DNA of 64,000 nucleotides from the NCBI GenBank assembly GCA_965112735.1, contig OZ218956.1, positions 2,604,001-2,668,000 on the forward strand, given 5' to 3'. Below the pieces are notes generated by a model. That model made no database searches, was not told the origin of the DNA, and worked only from the letters and a program-made list of their open reading frames with translations. The position numbers and the translations under genes were made by a program. Source of the stretch: Phaeosaccion multiseriatum. Taxonomy: Eukaryota; Protista; Ochrophyta, other classes. Below, one piece after another: positions 22,583 to 35,643 of the stretch; positions within the stretch are counted from its first letter, which is position 1, and each line of letters starts with the position of its first letter.

Positions 22583-23773
22583 CGAATGGCTGCTGCTGGC
22601 GCGCTCATCGTGACGACCTGCAGCAACCGCCGCCCCAGTCAATGGCCAAAGGACGAGAGGGAGATCCCCCTCGTCGGGCTGCAGGTCTACTAGCTGCTGG
22701 CGTTGAAATTGTTGGTTCTCTGCTCTGCTGTTGGTGGTGCTGTTGTTGCCCGCGTCCTCCTCTTCCTCAGTGGCGGTGAGGCTGCACATGGCGTCAGGCT
22801 CCGACGAGGACGTGAAGGGAAAGGCGAATGAGCGGTTCATCTCGCGCTCCCAGGAAGAACACCCCGCCTCCCTGGCTGTGGGGGCCGCGGCCGGGCTGCT
22901 GCTGGAGAAGAGCCCGAGGGCGAGGTACCGCGCGGCCTCACAGGACGGCGGAGTAAGGGCGTACGAAGACACTGGGAAGACAAGGAGTGGAAGGGGGAGC
23001 TGCTGCTGCTGCTGCTGCTGGTGGTGCTGCTGCTGCTGGTGGTGGTGGTGGTGGTGGTGCTGCTGCTGCTGCTGCTGTTCCTGCCGCTGGAGCTGCTGGA
23101 GCTGCTGGAGCTGCTGGAGTTGCTGGAGCTGCTGGAGCTGCTGGAGCTGCTGGAGCTGCTGGAGCTGCTGCTGCCGCTCCCACCGGTGGAGCAGCGAGCC
23201 ATTAACCGGAGCCTGCTGCGCCGTTGCGGCCGTCAATGTGGCCACGCCGGCGTTGTTGCAGCGTCGTATCTGGCTGCGGGGGGGAGCGTAGGGAGAAGAG
23301 CACGTTTCCTGCGTCGAGGTGGGACTCGGACTGCGGCCGTTGGCCCTTCTCACCATCCTCTCTCCTTTGTTGCCCAGTAGCAGGTGTTGAGCAGGCATTG
23401 GCACCGCTGCGGCAGCAGCGCCGTTAGCAGCCTTCGCAGCCTTAGCAGCAGGAGTATCAACCCACCATGATCGAAGAGGCTTCTCAACGGCCGCCGGCGC
23501 GCCCCCCGCCGCGACGACCCCAGTAGCCCCGCGCCTGGCGCCGGCCCTGCTGCTGTTGTTGCGCCCGCCCAATGCCCTCGGCATGAAGCTGTAGTTACAA
23601 GAGCCACACTCCTTGACGGCGCTCTTTTGGATTGACCCACACGGGCATTGCTTCCTGCCCTTGCCCACCCTGCCCTTGCTGCCTCTTTTCTTTCGATGGC
23701 GAATTCGAACTCCTGTCATGGCTCCTACCGGTGCCCCCTTTTCTTCCGCTGCTGCTCTTGCGTCGGTCCCCAT
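22394..23773 (-). CDS. Hypothetical nuclear protein with basic Zn-ribbon and Q/H-rich region (start uncertain)
   Basis: Long open frame containing RHRKKRGSKGRVGKGRKQCPCGSIQKSAVKECGSCNYSF (UPF0547/C16orf87-like Cys pattern), (QQL)n and poly-Q/H. The first in-frame ATG is at 23773. Confidence 0.55.
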
Positions 23774-24052
23774 CTCGGCTGCTTCCTCCTTTTCCTCTTC
23801 AGCTGTCGTAGCGTCTTGCTTTACTTTACCTGTGCCCCGACCTTTCGTGGCAGGAGAGCGAGGGGAGGGAGGTGTGAGGGGTGATACCGTGCATACCCCC
23901 GCTTTGCTTATTTTTCGGCGTCTGTGATTCCCTCGGCGGATTCTAGGGCGCGGCCAAGAGAGCTTGAAGCTTGTTTTGAGGGCAGAGGAGTGGTCGGGAT
24001 ATCGTCTTTGAACTTTTGGGGGGCATAGACTAGAGACGACAAAAGTGGGAGG

Positions 24053-25369
24053 ATGCTTGGTCCTTGCACTTCTGCGGCGGCACGCGGGGCGGGGGCGCGA
24101 TTCGTTGACAGCAGCAGCGAGGGTCCGCCCGCGGCAGCAGCAGCAGCAGCAGCGGCAGCACCAAGGGGAGGGGGGGCGCGGGCTGGGGGAGGGGGGAATG
24201 AGGTCGCCGCGCCGCAGGGTCAAAGCCGAGACGGAATGGTGGTCGCTGCCTTGGCGGAAAACCGGTGAGAGAGATTTTTAAATCTTCATTGGTTGGAAGC
24301 TCAAACTGAGCTCTGAGCTCTGCAGATGCATCAGCTTGCTTCCATTTGCTTGGCCTGCCCTTGTCAAGGCACTTGCTTGGCTGCCCCACTAATCTTCTTG
24401 AGCATCCTCGCTCCGGGAAAATGATACATACGCGTAGCTTTTGTGTGAATATTTTGTCCCCCCCACCACGCTCGTCTTGTTGTTTGCTGACTCTCCCCCA
24501 AAGCTACAAGGAGAGCGCCATCGCGTGGATAGACACGGGCCGAGCCTCGAGACTCGAGGTGTTCTGCGTGCAAGACACTCACAGGTAAGAGCGAAGTACG
24601 AAGGTAAAGTCAGCAGGTAGCCTTTAGCTACTTCGCTGCCGGGTGTGAGGCTCGAGCGAGGAGGCAGAGAGAGAGGGAGAGATAGCACTCGAGGGCGTAC
24701 AGAAGGGCATTGGGGAGGGAAACAAATGTCGTTGCTTGCGTCCTCTGCTCCCCGTTCTTTGGTTTGCCCCTTGCTGCTCACTCGCCTCGTGCCCAACGCC
24801 TCGCCTTGGACGCCCTCCGGTCTCTTTTCCCTCAAGCAAGAAGGCGGACCCGCACGTCCACTGGCAGCAGCAGCAGCAGCAGCAACAGCAGCAACGCCCC
24901 CGAAAACCGGTATCTCTCCCTCCCCCCCCTCTTACCTGCCTGCCTCCCTCCCCCCCCCTCCCCCCCCCACAGCTACAGCGCCACTCTCGACGCTCTGGCC
25001 CAGCTGGCGCCCCAAGAGATCCTCCTCCATGACGGATCGCGCAAGAGAGCACTCTCGCAGAAGATCGTCGCCAACCTGCAGGGGGGGGGTAGCAACAAAA
25101 CGCGCGTCCTCTTCGTCAGCAGGGCCTACTTTGATCAGGTACAGCACATGATCATATGAGTAGATGCATGAGTGCATGAGTGCACGTGCCTCAGAGATTC
25201 GATGCAGCACGGTACGCTCGTCCGCGGGCAGGAGGGCAAGCTCAGCCAGGCAGGTCGTTCAGCTGTGGAGGTTGGCGGCCCTGTCTATCTGACTGGCTAC
25301 CCTATGTTCCTCCGTCCCTCCGTTCCCTCCCTCCCCTTTATCCCTCCGTCCCTTCCCCCAACACACACA

Positions 25370-25454
<85 letters not shown>

Positions 25455-28400
25455 CCACACACACACACCGGAGCGAGTTAGGCTCGTGGGGCGGAGCTCT
25501 TGAAACGCTTGACCCCTGGCGGTGAGGTGGACGCAGACTTGACCGCCAAGTACACAAGCCTCGCCGCTTGCTACTGCCTCCTGCGCTATGTAGAGAACGT
25601 CACTGGCCAGGTGCGGGGTGTCAGGATGCTGGGGGGGGGGCTATTGCCTCTGGCTGCGCGACGTTAGAAAACGTCACTCACCCGTTCAATCTCCCACTCC
25701 CTCCCTCCGTCCCTCTATCCTCAGACCTATTCTCCCGGCTCTCTCCACCTCTTCTTCTCGGGCAGTCCGGAGGGACGCATGCTTATCGACGCTCACACCG
25801 CCACAGAATTGGAACTCATCACCAACGCACGCACCGGCAGTCAGAAGGAGTCGCTCTTCGGGTGCGTGGGGGCGTGCGTGGGGTCGTGCGTGGGTGCGTG
25901 TGTGTTTGGATGGGTGGGTGGACGGCTGGGTGGGTGCGCGGGCGTCTGTGTGCTTGGATGGGTGCGTGTGCTTTAGCAGCCATCTTTCTTCCTCACAATT
26001 GTTTTGCCTCGTCTTGGTTGGATGGGACATTTGTGCTTGCCAACTGTGAGGCCGTCCCACCCCACCCCCACATACACACTTCGGTAATTCTGAGGTTGAT
26101 TCCCATAAGTCAATACATCAACCCAAATTCACCCCCACATACAGGGTGGTCAATCACACGAGGACAACTGTGGGTCTGAGATTGCTCAAGTCCAACCTGT
26201 GAGTCAGTGAGGAGGGGAGGGAGGGAGGGAGGGAGGGAGGGAGGGAGGGAGGGAGGGAGGGAGACTGGGAGGGAGGGAGGGAGGGAGGGAGGGAGGGAGG
26301 GAGGGAGGGAGGGAGGGAGGGAGGGAGGGAGGGAGGAAGGGAGGGAGGGAGACTGGGAGGGAGGGAGGGAGGGAGAGAGGGAGGGAGGGAGGGAGGGAGG
26401 GAGGGAGGGAGGGAGGGAGGGAGAGAGGGAGGGGGGGAGGGAAGGAAAGAGCGAGGGAGGGAGAGAGGGAGTGAAAGTGAGTCAAAACTGGTGTCAGAAT
26501 CGAGAGAAGGTTCAACGCAGGGAGGTGCCCGTGGCCGCCACACGACTTACTCTGCGGCTCTGTGCCTCGCACTGCACCCCATGCATCCACTGCCATCCAT
26601 CTACTGCCATGCATCCATAGCCTCGGCCCTCCCTCCGACCCCACCACCATCGAGGAGAGACAGCGACTCGTGAGGTTCCTCCTCTCCCACGAAACCACGT
26701 TCAGAGAGGTGAGTGTGTGTGTGAGTGAGTGAGTGAGTGTGTGAGTGGGTGGGTGCGTGCATGTGTACGTGAGTGCGTGTGTGCGTGAGTGCGTGTGAGT
26801 GTGTGTATATGTGGGAGTGCGTGCGTGACTTCTTGAGTGCGTGTGTGTGTGTGTGTGCATGAGTGCCCCTCGTGTGTGTCCCTTGTCACTCGTCCCATTG
26901 AGAAACTCGCCCTACGCGGCTTGTTATCCTGACCCTGGTTGCTCCTCCCGATGTCGCCCCCTCGCCCCCTCTCCATTTCTCCCCCTTTTCCCTTCCTCTG
27001 CCCTGCTCTGCCCTTCCCATACACATTTACCTTAACCTGGTTTGCCCTGTACCACCAACTGCCTGACCTCACTCACTCACTCACTCACTCACTCACTTCC
27101 TTCGCCTCTCAGTTGATGCGTCTCCTGACGGACTTTGTTGACTTAGACGCGATGTTGGGAGGGCTGTCCACCTCCCCAAGAGAGCTCAGCGAGGCCTCTG
27201 CTGGGAAGCGTATCGGGGCCCTTATCGCGGCGCGGCACAACCTGCGCCTCGTCAACACGCTCACAGACGCCCTCCAGTCTGAGATTGACGACATCAGGTA
27301 TGTGTATGTGTGTGTTTATGTGTGTAGGGCAGGGTTATGTGTGTGTATATGTGTAGGGCAAGGGCAAGGTCCACACGTAAACACACACACACACGTACTC
27401 AAGCAAGCGCGCACATACACACACATGCACGTATACACACACACATGCACGCACACACACACACACACGCACACAACACACATACACACACATACACACA
27501 CGCGCACACATACACACACGCACACACACACTTATACACAAACGCACAAACTCACTCACACACACATATATGCACACACGACACGCACTGACAGGCTGCG
27601 TTCGGCAACCCCTCTCCCCGGAGAGACGGCGGCGCACACGGGCTCAAGAGTAAGGAGAGAGGAGGAAGGTGAGAGGGAGAGGGAGAGGGGAGTGGGGAGC
27701 GGGAGGGAGGGAGGGAGGGAGGGAGGGAGGGAGGGAGGGAGGGAGGGAGGGAGGGAGGGAGGGAGGGAGGGAGGGAGGGAGGGAGGGAGGGAGGGAGGGA
27801 GGGAGGGAGGGAGGGAGGGAGGGAGGGAGGGAGGGAGGGAGGGAGGGAGGGAGGGAGGGAGGGAGGGAGGGAGGGAGGGAGGGAGGGAGGGAGGGAGGGA
27901 GGGAGGGAGGGAGGGAGGGAGGGAGGAAGGGAGGGAGGGAGGGAGGGAAGGAGGGAGGGGAAGGAGAGACGGGCCCGTCTCGCTTACTCCTTCTCGACTT
28001 GCTTGCCACTGCCTTGTGCAGCTGCTCTTACTCATCTGCTGCTCTGCTCCTCTGCTGTCCTATTCCTCGGCTGCTCTGTATCACCAACTGCTCTGTTTGT
28101 ATTGCTCTGCTCTACTCTACTCCTCTGCCCCCCCTCAGGACTGAGTCTCTTGTGTGCGGTGGTGGAGTCTATGAGGGGTGCCTCACTGCCTCCCATGCTG
28201 GCCCGACTCAACGCCCTCCTGCACGAGGGAGCTGCGTACGCGAAGAACTCGTACGAGAGGAGGCATCAGGTACTGTGCACTGTCGTGTAGACACCTAGGA
28301 GGAGGGTGGGATGGTAGTAGAAGGAGAGGAGACACCAGGTATTGTACTGTATTTTAGTGTCATGTAAGAGGAGGAGGATGGGATGGTAGCAGAGGGGCAT

Positions 28401-28832
28401 GGAGTGGCAGCAGAAGGGGAGAAGGGGGGTTACAGTTCCACCAGGAGACACAAGGTGCTGTAACTCCCTCCCGCCCTGCTGCATCACCACCACCAACTGT
28501 ATCACCAACAGGAGTGCTTCGCCATCCGCCCCAGCGTGGACGGACTGCTGGACGTGGCAAGGAAGACCTTCCTGCAGTCAGTGGAGGACATCTATGCCCT
28601 TGCACAGGTGAGTGGGTGGGTGCGTGCGTGGGTGAGTGGGTGGGTGCGTGAGTGGGTGGGTGCGTGAGTGGGTGGGTGCGTGCGTGGGTGGGTGCGTGAG
28701 TGGGGGGCTGCGTGAGTGGGTGGGTGCGTGCGTGGGTGGATGCGTGCGTGCGTGGGTGGTTGCGTGCGTGCGTGGGTGGTTGCGTGTATAGATATGGTGG
28801 GTGGGTGGATGGGTGCGTGGGTGCGCAAGTGA

Positions 28833-28865
<33 letters not shown>

Positions 28866-30530
28866 TGTGTGTGTGTGTGAGTGCGTAAGTGTGTGAGTAA
28901 GTGCGTCAGTGAGTTATTGAGGTTCTTTGGCCAAGCAAGTCGGTTGATCCATATGCTTGCCCGTACGCATGCCCTGCCTGTCCTCGTCAATACGCACGGG
29001 GGCGGGCGGCGCTTCTTCTTTTCAGTCCTATGCGGAGGCGATGGAGATGAAGATCCGCGTGAGCTTCTCCGCGTCAAGGGGATACTTCCTGCAGCTGCCG
29101 CTAGAGGCCTCGGAGGTAAGCTCATGAGCCAAGGGCAGGTGTAGGGCAAGTAGAGGAGAGGGGAGGGGAGGGCACGGGAGGGGAGGGGGGTCCTACGCCC
29201 TACCTACGTCCTGCGTGTGTCCATTGGTCTCCTCTCTCTCTACCTTCGACTCGCTCTTCCCTCACTCATGATGATGATGAGGACTACGATGATGGGTGCT
29301 AAGTAACCCTCACCTCCCTCTCCCTCCCTCCCTCCCTCCCCCCACCCCCCCGTGTATCACCAACTGCCGTACAGGGAGGGGTGTTGCCCGACATGTTCAT
29401 CCAGCCTGTCCGAAACGTCCGATCCATCTCGTGCTCCACCGAGGACCTCTCCTCTCTCTCCGACAGGGCAAGTGAGAGTGTCATGGAGTGCCTTCGGAGA
29501 ACCAACGCGCTCATCGACGACGAGGTGTGTTGTGTTGTGTTTTGTGTGTGTGTGTGTATGTGTGTGTGTGCATGTGTGTGTTTGCATGTGTGTGTGTGTG
29601 TGTGTGTGCATGTGTGTGTTTGCATGTGTGTGTGTGTGGGTGGGTGGGTGGGTGGGTGGATCGGTGCATATGTTTGTGTGTGTGCCAGTGTTTGAGAGAG
29701 TGGGATGCAGTCAGAGAGGGAGAAACAGTGCGTACTCACTTGCTTACCCAACCCTTCCCTGCCCCCCGTCCCTCCCTCCCCATCCACTGCCATCCCCCCC
29801 CACCCACCCCAAGATGTCCTCTATCCTGCCCCGCCTGCCCGACCTGTTCGCAATGACGGAGGCCGTCGCCCTCTTGGACATGCTCTTCTCATTCGCTGAT
29901 TGCGTGGCCGCCTCCCCGGACGAGCTCCCTTGGGTGTGTCCGGAGATTACGGCGGAGGGACCACTGGCCATCCGAGAAGGTATGTGTGCGGTTGTGTGTG
30001 GGTGTGGGTGTGGGTGTCGGTGACTTTGTAATTTTGTAACTACGTAGCTCTGTGTGTGTGTGGTTGTGTGTGTGGATGTGTGTGGATGTCTGTGACTTTG
30101 TGATTGTGTAACTACGTAGCTGTGTGTGCGTGTGTGCGTGTTTGTGTGCGTGTGTGTGTGTGTGTGTGAATGCTTGTGTGTGGGTGGGTGTTCGTGTGTG
30201 TGTGTGTGTGTGTGTATACATTTGCGTCATCGTGCGCCCAGCTCAGTCAAGCAGCCTCACTCACTCACTCACTCACTCACGCACAGGCCACTAACTCACA
30301 GGCTGAGACAGAGCTTGGGAAAGCACGATAGCCTGTCCTCCCTCCCTCACTCCCTGGTGGATAGGCACAGCCGCTATCTGTCACTGCGTACCACCAACAC
30401 CTCCCTCACGACGGCCTCTCCTCCTCTTTTCCTCTCCCTCCCTGCCTGCCTGCCTGCCTGCCTGTCTACCTGTCTGCCTGTCTGCCTGCCTGCCCGCCTG
30501 CCTGCCTGCCCGCCTGCCTGCCTGTCTGCC

Positions 30531-30563
<33 letters not shown>

Positions 30564-33500
30564 GCCTGCCTGCCTGCCTCCCTGCCTGCCTGCCTGCCTG
30601 CCTACCCGCCGTCCCCTCTGTCGGCGGCCATACCATCCGCTGCCATCCTGCTAGGCTATCACCCCATCATGGCGTCTCTGCAGGCGGAAGGGGGGGGCGC
30701 ACTTGGTCTGGACGGGGGTGGCAACTCCAGAGGTACGTCACCGCCCTCCCTCCCTCTCCCGTCTCCCTCCCCGCCCCCGCCTCCCTCTCCCCTCTCTCTC
30801 TCCCTCCCGCTCTCCTCTCTCCCCTCCGCCCTCTTCTCTTTCTCCCTCCCTCTACCTCTCTCACCTTATTCTCTCCCTCACCCATTCTCTCTTTCTCTCT
30901 CTCTCCCTCCCTCCCGCCCGCCCGCCCGCCCGCCCTTGCTCTTGCTGACTTATTGCCTCTCAGCCGGGGCGTTCTCCTCATCGAACGGTGTGGTGCCCAA
31001 TGACACCTTCGCAGCTGCGCCGCTCTCCAATTTTGTCATCATTACAGGTGTGTGTGTGTGTGGGTGAGTGCCAGTGCGTGTGTGTGCGTGTGCTTGAGTG
31101 TGTGCATGTGTGTGCGTGATTCATTCACTCACTATCATACCATTGGTGAATCGCCCCCGTCCCTCCCTCCCCTCCTTCCCTCCCTGGCTTCCCTCCCCTC
31201 CCTCCCTCCCTCTCTCTCTCTCTCTCTCCTCCCCTCCCTCCTTCATCCCCCCCTCCTTCATCCCTCCCTGCCTTCCCTCCCCTCCTTCCTTCCCTCCCTC
31301 CCGCCCCTCTCCTCCCTCCCTCCTCTCTCCTCCTCTCCCCTCCTCTCCCTTACCCTCCCCTCCTTCCACTCCTCAGGCCCAAACGGCTCTGGCAAGTCCA
31401 CTTTCCTCAAGCAAATCGGCCTCATAGTCATTCTCGCGCAGTGCGGCTGTTACGTGCCAGCGGTGCGTATGGAGAGCGGGGCAGGGAGAGAGTGGAGAGA
31501 ACGAGAAAGGGGAGACAGTAACGGAGGGAAGGGAGGGAGGTACATTGAGGAACGATGGCCTCTGCCAGTCCATTCACGGTAGAGTCAGTAGTCGCCAGAG
31601 TTAGCCAGTCGCGAGATTCACCGGTCGTCGGCCCAGTCACAGTCAAGACAAGCACGGGCTGACAAGAAATGCGCCCCTCTCCCTCTCCCTCCTCATCTTC
31701 ACTCACAGGCGGAGGCCTCAATCCCTGTGCGGGATAGGCTGCTGACCCGCGTGGGTACGTCCGACGACGCTGAGAACAACATTTCCTCCTACCAGGTGGG
31801 TGTCTCGACACACACTTACTCTCTGTCCTGTCTCTCTCTCTGCCCCGACTCTCACCCCCTCTCTCTCAAGCCTGACGCTCCCTGCCTATGTCCTCACGCA
31901 CACACTCTGTCCCTGTCCTGACACTCACCCTCTCTGCTTTTGCCTCTCTGTCCTGACACTCACCCTCTCTGCCTCTCTGTCCTGACACTCACCCTCTCTC
32001 CCTCTCTGTCCTGACACTCACCCTCTCTCCCTGTCTGTCCTGACACTCACCCTCTCTCCCTCTCTGTCCTGACACTCACCCTCTCTCCCTGTCTGTCCTG
32101 ACACTCACCCTCTCTCCCTCTCTGTCCTGACACTCACCCTCTCTCCCTCTCTGTCCTGACACTCACCCTCTCTCCCTGTCTGTCCTGACACTCACCCTCT
32201 CTCCCTCTCTGTCCTGACACTCACCCTCTCTCCCTGTCTGTCCTGACACTCACCCTCTCTCCCCCTCTGTCCTGACACTCACCCTCTCTCCCTCTCTGTC
32301 CTGACACTCACCCTCTCTCCCTCTCTGTCCTGACACTCACCCTCTCTCCCTCTCTGTCCTGACACTCACCCTCTCTCCCTCTCTGTCCTGACACTCACCC
32401 TCTCTCCCTCTCTGTCCTGACACTCACCCTCTCTACCTCTCTGTCCTGACACTCTCTCTCCCTCTCTCGAGCACAGAAAGAGATGCGCGACACAGAGCAC
32501 ATTCTGCGCTCCGTCACACCCCATTCCCTTGTTCTTATGGACGAACTCGGCAGGTGTGTGTGTGTGTGTGTGCATGTGCGTGTGCGCGCGCGTGTGTCTA
32601 TGTGTGTGTGTGTGCGTGTGCGCGTGTGTGTGTGCGTGTGAGTGTGTGTGCGTGTGTGTGTGCGTGCGTGTGTGTGTGTGTGTGGATGTACGTGTGTGTG
32701 TGTGTGCGCGTGCGCGTGTGTGTGTGCGTGTGAGTATGTGCTCGCTGTAAGCCACAAGAACACTTTTCGTCCAATGTTGCTCTGACCTTTATGGGCCTTC
32801 TTTGCTTTGTTTGGTTGCTTTGCTTGCTCTACTCGCTTTGCTTTGCTCCCCCATGTCCTCTTCCCTCCTCCCTCAGAGGTACCAGCAACAGCGAGGGCCT
32901 GGGTATGGCGTGGGCCGTGAGCGAGCGGCTGCTTGAGATGGATGCGCTTGTTTTCTTCGTCTCGCACTACCCAGGTACTTACTTACTCACCCGTTCAATC
33001 ACCCACCCGCACTCGCTCACTTCCTCACTCACTCACTCACTCACTCAACCCCCTCCCTCTTTCTCTCCCTCCCTCCCTCACTCCCCTCCCCCTCTCCCTC
33101 CCTCCTTCCGTCGCTCCCGTCTCTCCCTGCGTCCCTCCCTTCCTCTCTGTCAGATATACCAAGGCTTTCGAGCATGTACAGGTGAGGCAACAGCGCGAAG
33201 TGAAAACTGCAAAACCTCCCTCCCTCTCTGTGGGTCTCTTCCCCCCCTCGCTCCCTCGCTCCCTCCCTTCCCCCCTCCCTCCCTCCCTCCTCCCTCCCTC
33301 CTCCTTCTCTTCCTCCCTCCCTCCCTCCCTCCCTCCCTCCCTCCCTCCCTCCCTCCCTCCCTCCCTCCCTCCCTCCCTCCCTCCCTCCCTCCCTCCCTCC
33401 CTCCCTCCCCCCCTCGCTCCCTCGCTCCCTCCCTTCCCCCCTCCCTCCCTCCCTCCTCCCTCCCTCCTCCTTCTCTTCCTCCCTCTCTCTTTCTCCCTTC

Positions 33501-33926
33501 CTCTCTCCCTCTCTTTCTGTTTGTGCCAACCCGAGCAACTCGACTCTGCTGCTCCAACTCCCTCCCTCCCTTCCCTTGACCCCCTGACCATCTATCTATC
33601 TATCGATCCGTCGATCCGTCGATCCATCGACATCGCTGGGTTCTTCTGTTGTGCTCCTCTCTCGTGTGACGCTCACCAGAAACGCCATGTGCGTCCACCT
33701 AGAAGCCGCGGTGGGAGGAGGAGGAGGAGGAGGAGGAGGAGGAGGAGGAGGAGGAGGAGGAGGGGGGGGGGGAGGAGGGGGGGGGGGAGCAGTAGCAGCA
33801 GGACGCGGAGGAGGAGGTGCCGGGCAAGGGCAGGGCGGGATGGAAGCGGATAGGACTATCGAGTACAAACACAAGGTTTGCGCCGGCGCATATGACCTCA
33901 CCACCGACTACGGACTCGTCATGGCC

Positions 33927-33975
<49 letters not shown>

Positions 33976-34288
33976 TGCCCGTTGATTCCCAGAGTTTGCA
34001 ATTAGTAAGTCACACATCCCACATGCCATGTGCTGCCATCCCATCCCTCGCAGGACTGCGGGCTTCCCCGAGGAGCTGCTGGACGACGCTCGTCAGTATC
34101 GGGAGGTGAGTAGGCATATGGGCAGGCCTATGGGCAAGTAGACAACAGCTCGCTCGCTGGAATGCTATCTCAAAGCGGCGGGGGTCTTCCTTACTTCTGA
34201 CGCACCAGCGATGACTGCATTGTGTCCGCATACCTCCCCCCTCCTCTCTCACTGGCACACGCTTGCTACCTATGTGTGTGCACGTGCG

Positions 34289-34326
<38 letters not shown>

Positions 34327-35422
34327 GGTGCGTGTGCATGTGTGCGTATGTGTGCGTATGTGTGTGTGCGTGTGTGTGCGCGTGTGTGTGTGCGCGCCCC
34401 CCCCACCCCTCTGCTCATCTGCCGCAGGTGCTAATGCGCAACAGCGACGTGTTGTGGAGCGAGGGCCGCATTGGGGAGGGTGAGAGGGCAGCGTACGACA
34501 TTATCAAGAGGCTTCTTCTCCTCGACCTCACCACCCTTCGGCAGCCCGAGGCGGAGGACAAGCTCAGAAGCTTCCTGCACAGGTACAGTAGTGATTGTGC
34601 TTGGGTGCGTTGGAGCCGATTAGAGCGGTTGGAGCCACGTTTAGGTGTGAAGTTCGCAGTTCATCCTTTCTCCTCTACCCCACAGCCCAGTCCATGGAGG
34701 AAAGGGGATTGAGAGAGGGGAGCGAGAGAGAGAGCGCGATGGAGAGGGAGAGGGAGGGGGGGGGGGGAGACTGTGAGAGAGCGAGAGAGAGAGAGGGAGG
34801 GGGGGGGGGATAGAGAGAGATAAAGCTCTTTGCCGTGGGGCAATGCCCGACGCTCCGAATCAAAACTTCGTCCTCGCCCCAGGCCGAGGCCGTGCTCCGT
34901 CCACTGCCATCTACTGCGTCACCTCCCCCCCTTTCCGTCCACCTTTGCTCGCCTGACTTCGTCCCCTCCCCTCCCGTCCCCTCCCCTCCCGTCCCCTCCC
35001 CTCCCCTCCCCTTCCCTTCCCTCCTCTCCCCTCCCCCCCCCCTGCTCGCTTCTTCCCTCCCCTCCTCTACAAATATGTGCTATGACATCATCAGGCTCGT
35101 CATGGAGAGTGACCAAGACCTCATTCTGGCAGCTTTGGACGAGAGGCCTTCAAGCTCTTCCTCCTCCTCCTCCTCCTCCTCCTCCTCCTCCCTTCCCTCC
35201 CCTCCCTCCCCTCCCTCGTCTTCGCTCTCGCACGGGCCTTGTGTCCCCTCTCATCAGCAGCCCAAGCCCAAGCAACGCGACCCAACGACCCAACAGCAGC
35301 CGCAGAAGCAGATGCAGCAGGGGCAGCCAGAGGGAAGCGAAGCAACATCAACAGCAACAGCATCGGCATCCGTATCAGGACGGCTCGTTGACATGGACAC
35401 CACGGAGGGGGGTGGTGCATGA
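24053..35422 (+). CDS. MSH4: MutS homolog 4, meiosis-specific; more than 20 exons, terminal exon(s) uncertain
   Basis: Spliced motifs: AENR|[14 protein letters not shown]|[25 protein letters not shown]|VVNHTRT, HQ|[23 protein letters not shown]|[33 protein letters not shown]|GTS, YGL...AGFP. There is no mismatch-recognition (GxFYE) domain. Confidence 0.9.
27700..27960. repeat. (GGGA)n tetranucleotide microsatellite, intronic (similar tracts at 26213-26470 and, as (CCCT)n, 33240-33480)
   Basis: Directly visible. Confidence 0.95.
31915..32460. repeat. 29-bp minisatellite (TGTCCTGACACTCACCCTCTCTCCCTCTC), about 19 copies, in an MSH4 intron
   Basis: Contiguous near-identical units ending about 15 nt before the 3' splice site at 32476. 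Confidence 0.95.
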
Positions 35423-35553
35423 AGGGGGGGATTGCGAGGCTTCACAGAGTCAGCGACACAAGACACCGAACAACCAACACGGGACGAGGAGGACGACGAG
35501 GAGGAGGATGAGGATGAGGATGAGGAGGAGGATGAGGAGGAGGAGGAGGAGGA

Positions 35554-35643
<90 letters not shown>

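Noticed and set aside
20897-26114. Inverted 29-bp motifs as TIRs of a 5.2-kb DNA transposon
   Set aside because: MSH4 runs in frame across the right copy, and there is no transposase or evident target-site duplication.
31915-32460. CRISPR-like 29-bp repeat array
   Set aside because: The units are contiguous with no unique spacers, there are no cas genes, and the context is a eukaryotic intron.
24053-35422. MSH2, MSH5 or MSH6 identity
   Set aside because: It lacks the mismatch-binding domain, and the ENR..E, Q.CFA.....DGLLDVAR and SLFG..NHT blocks fit MSH4 best.
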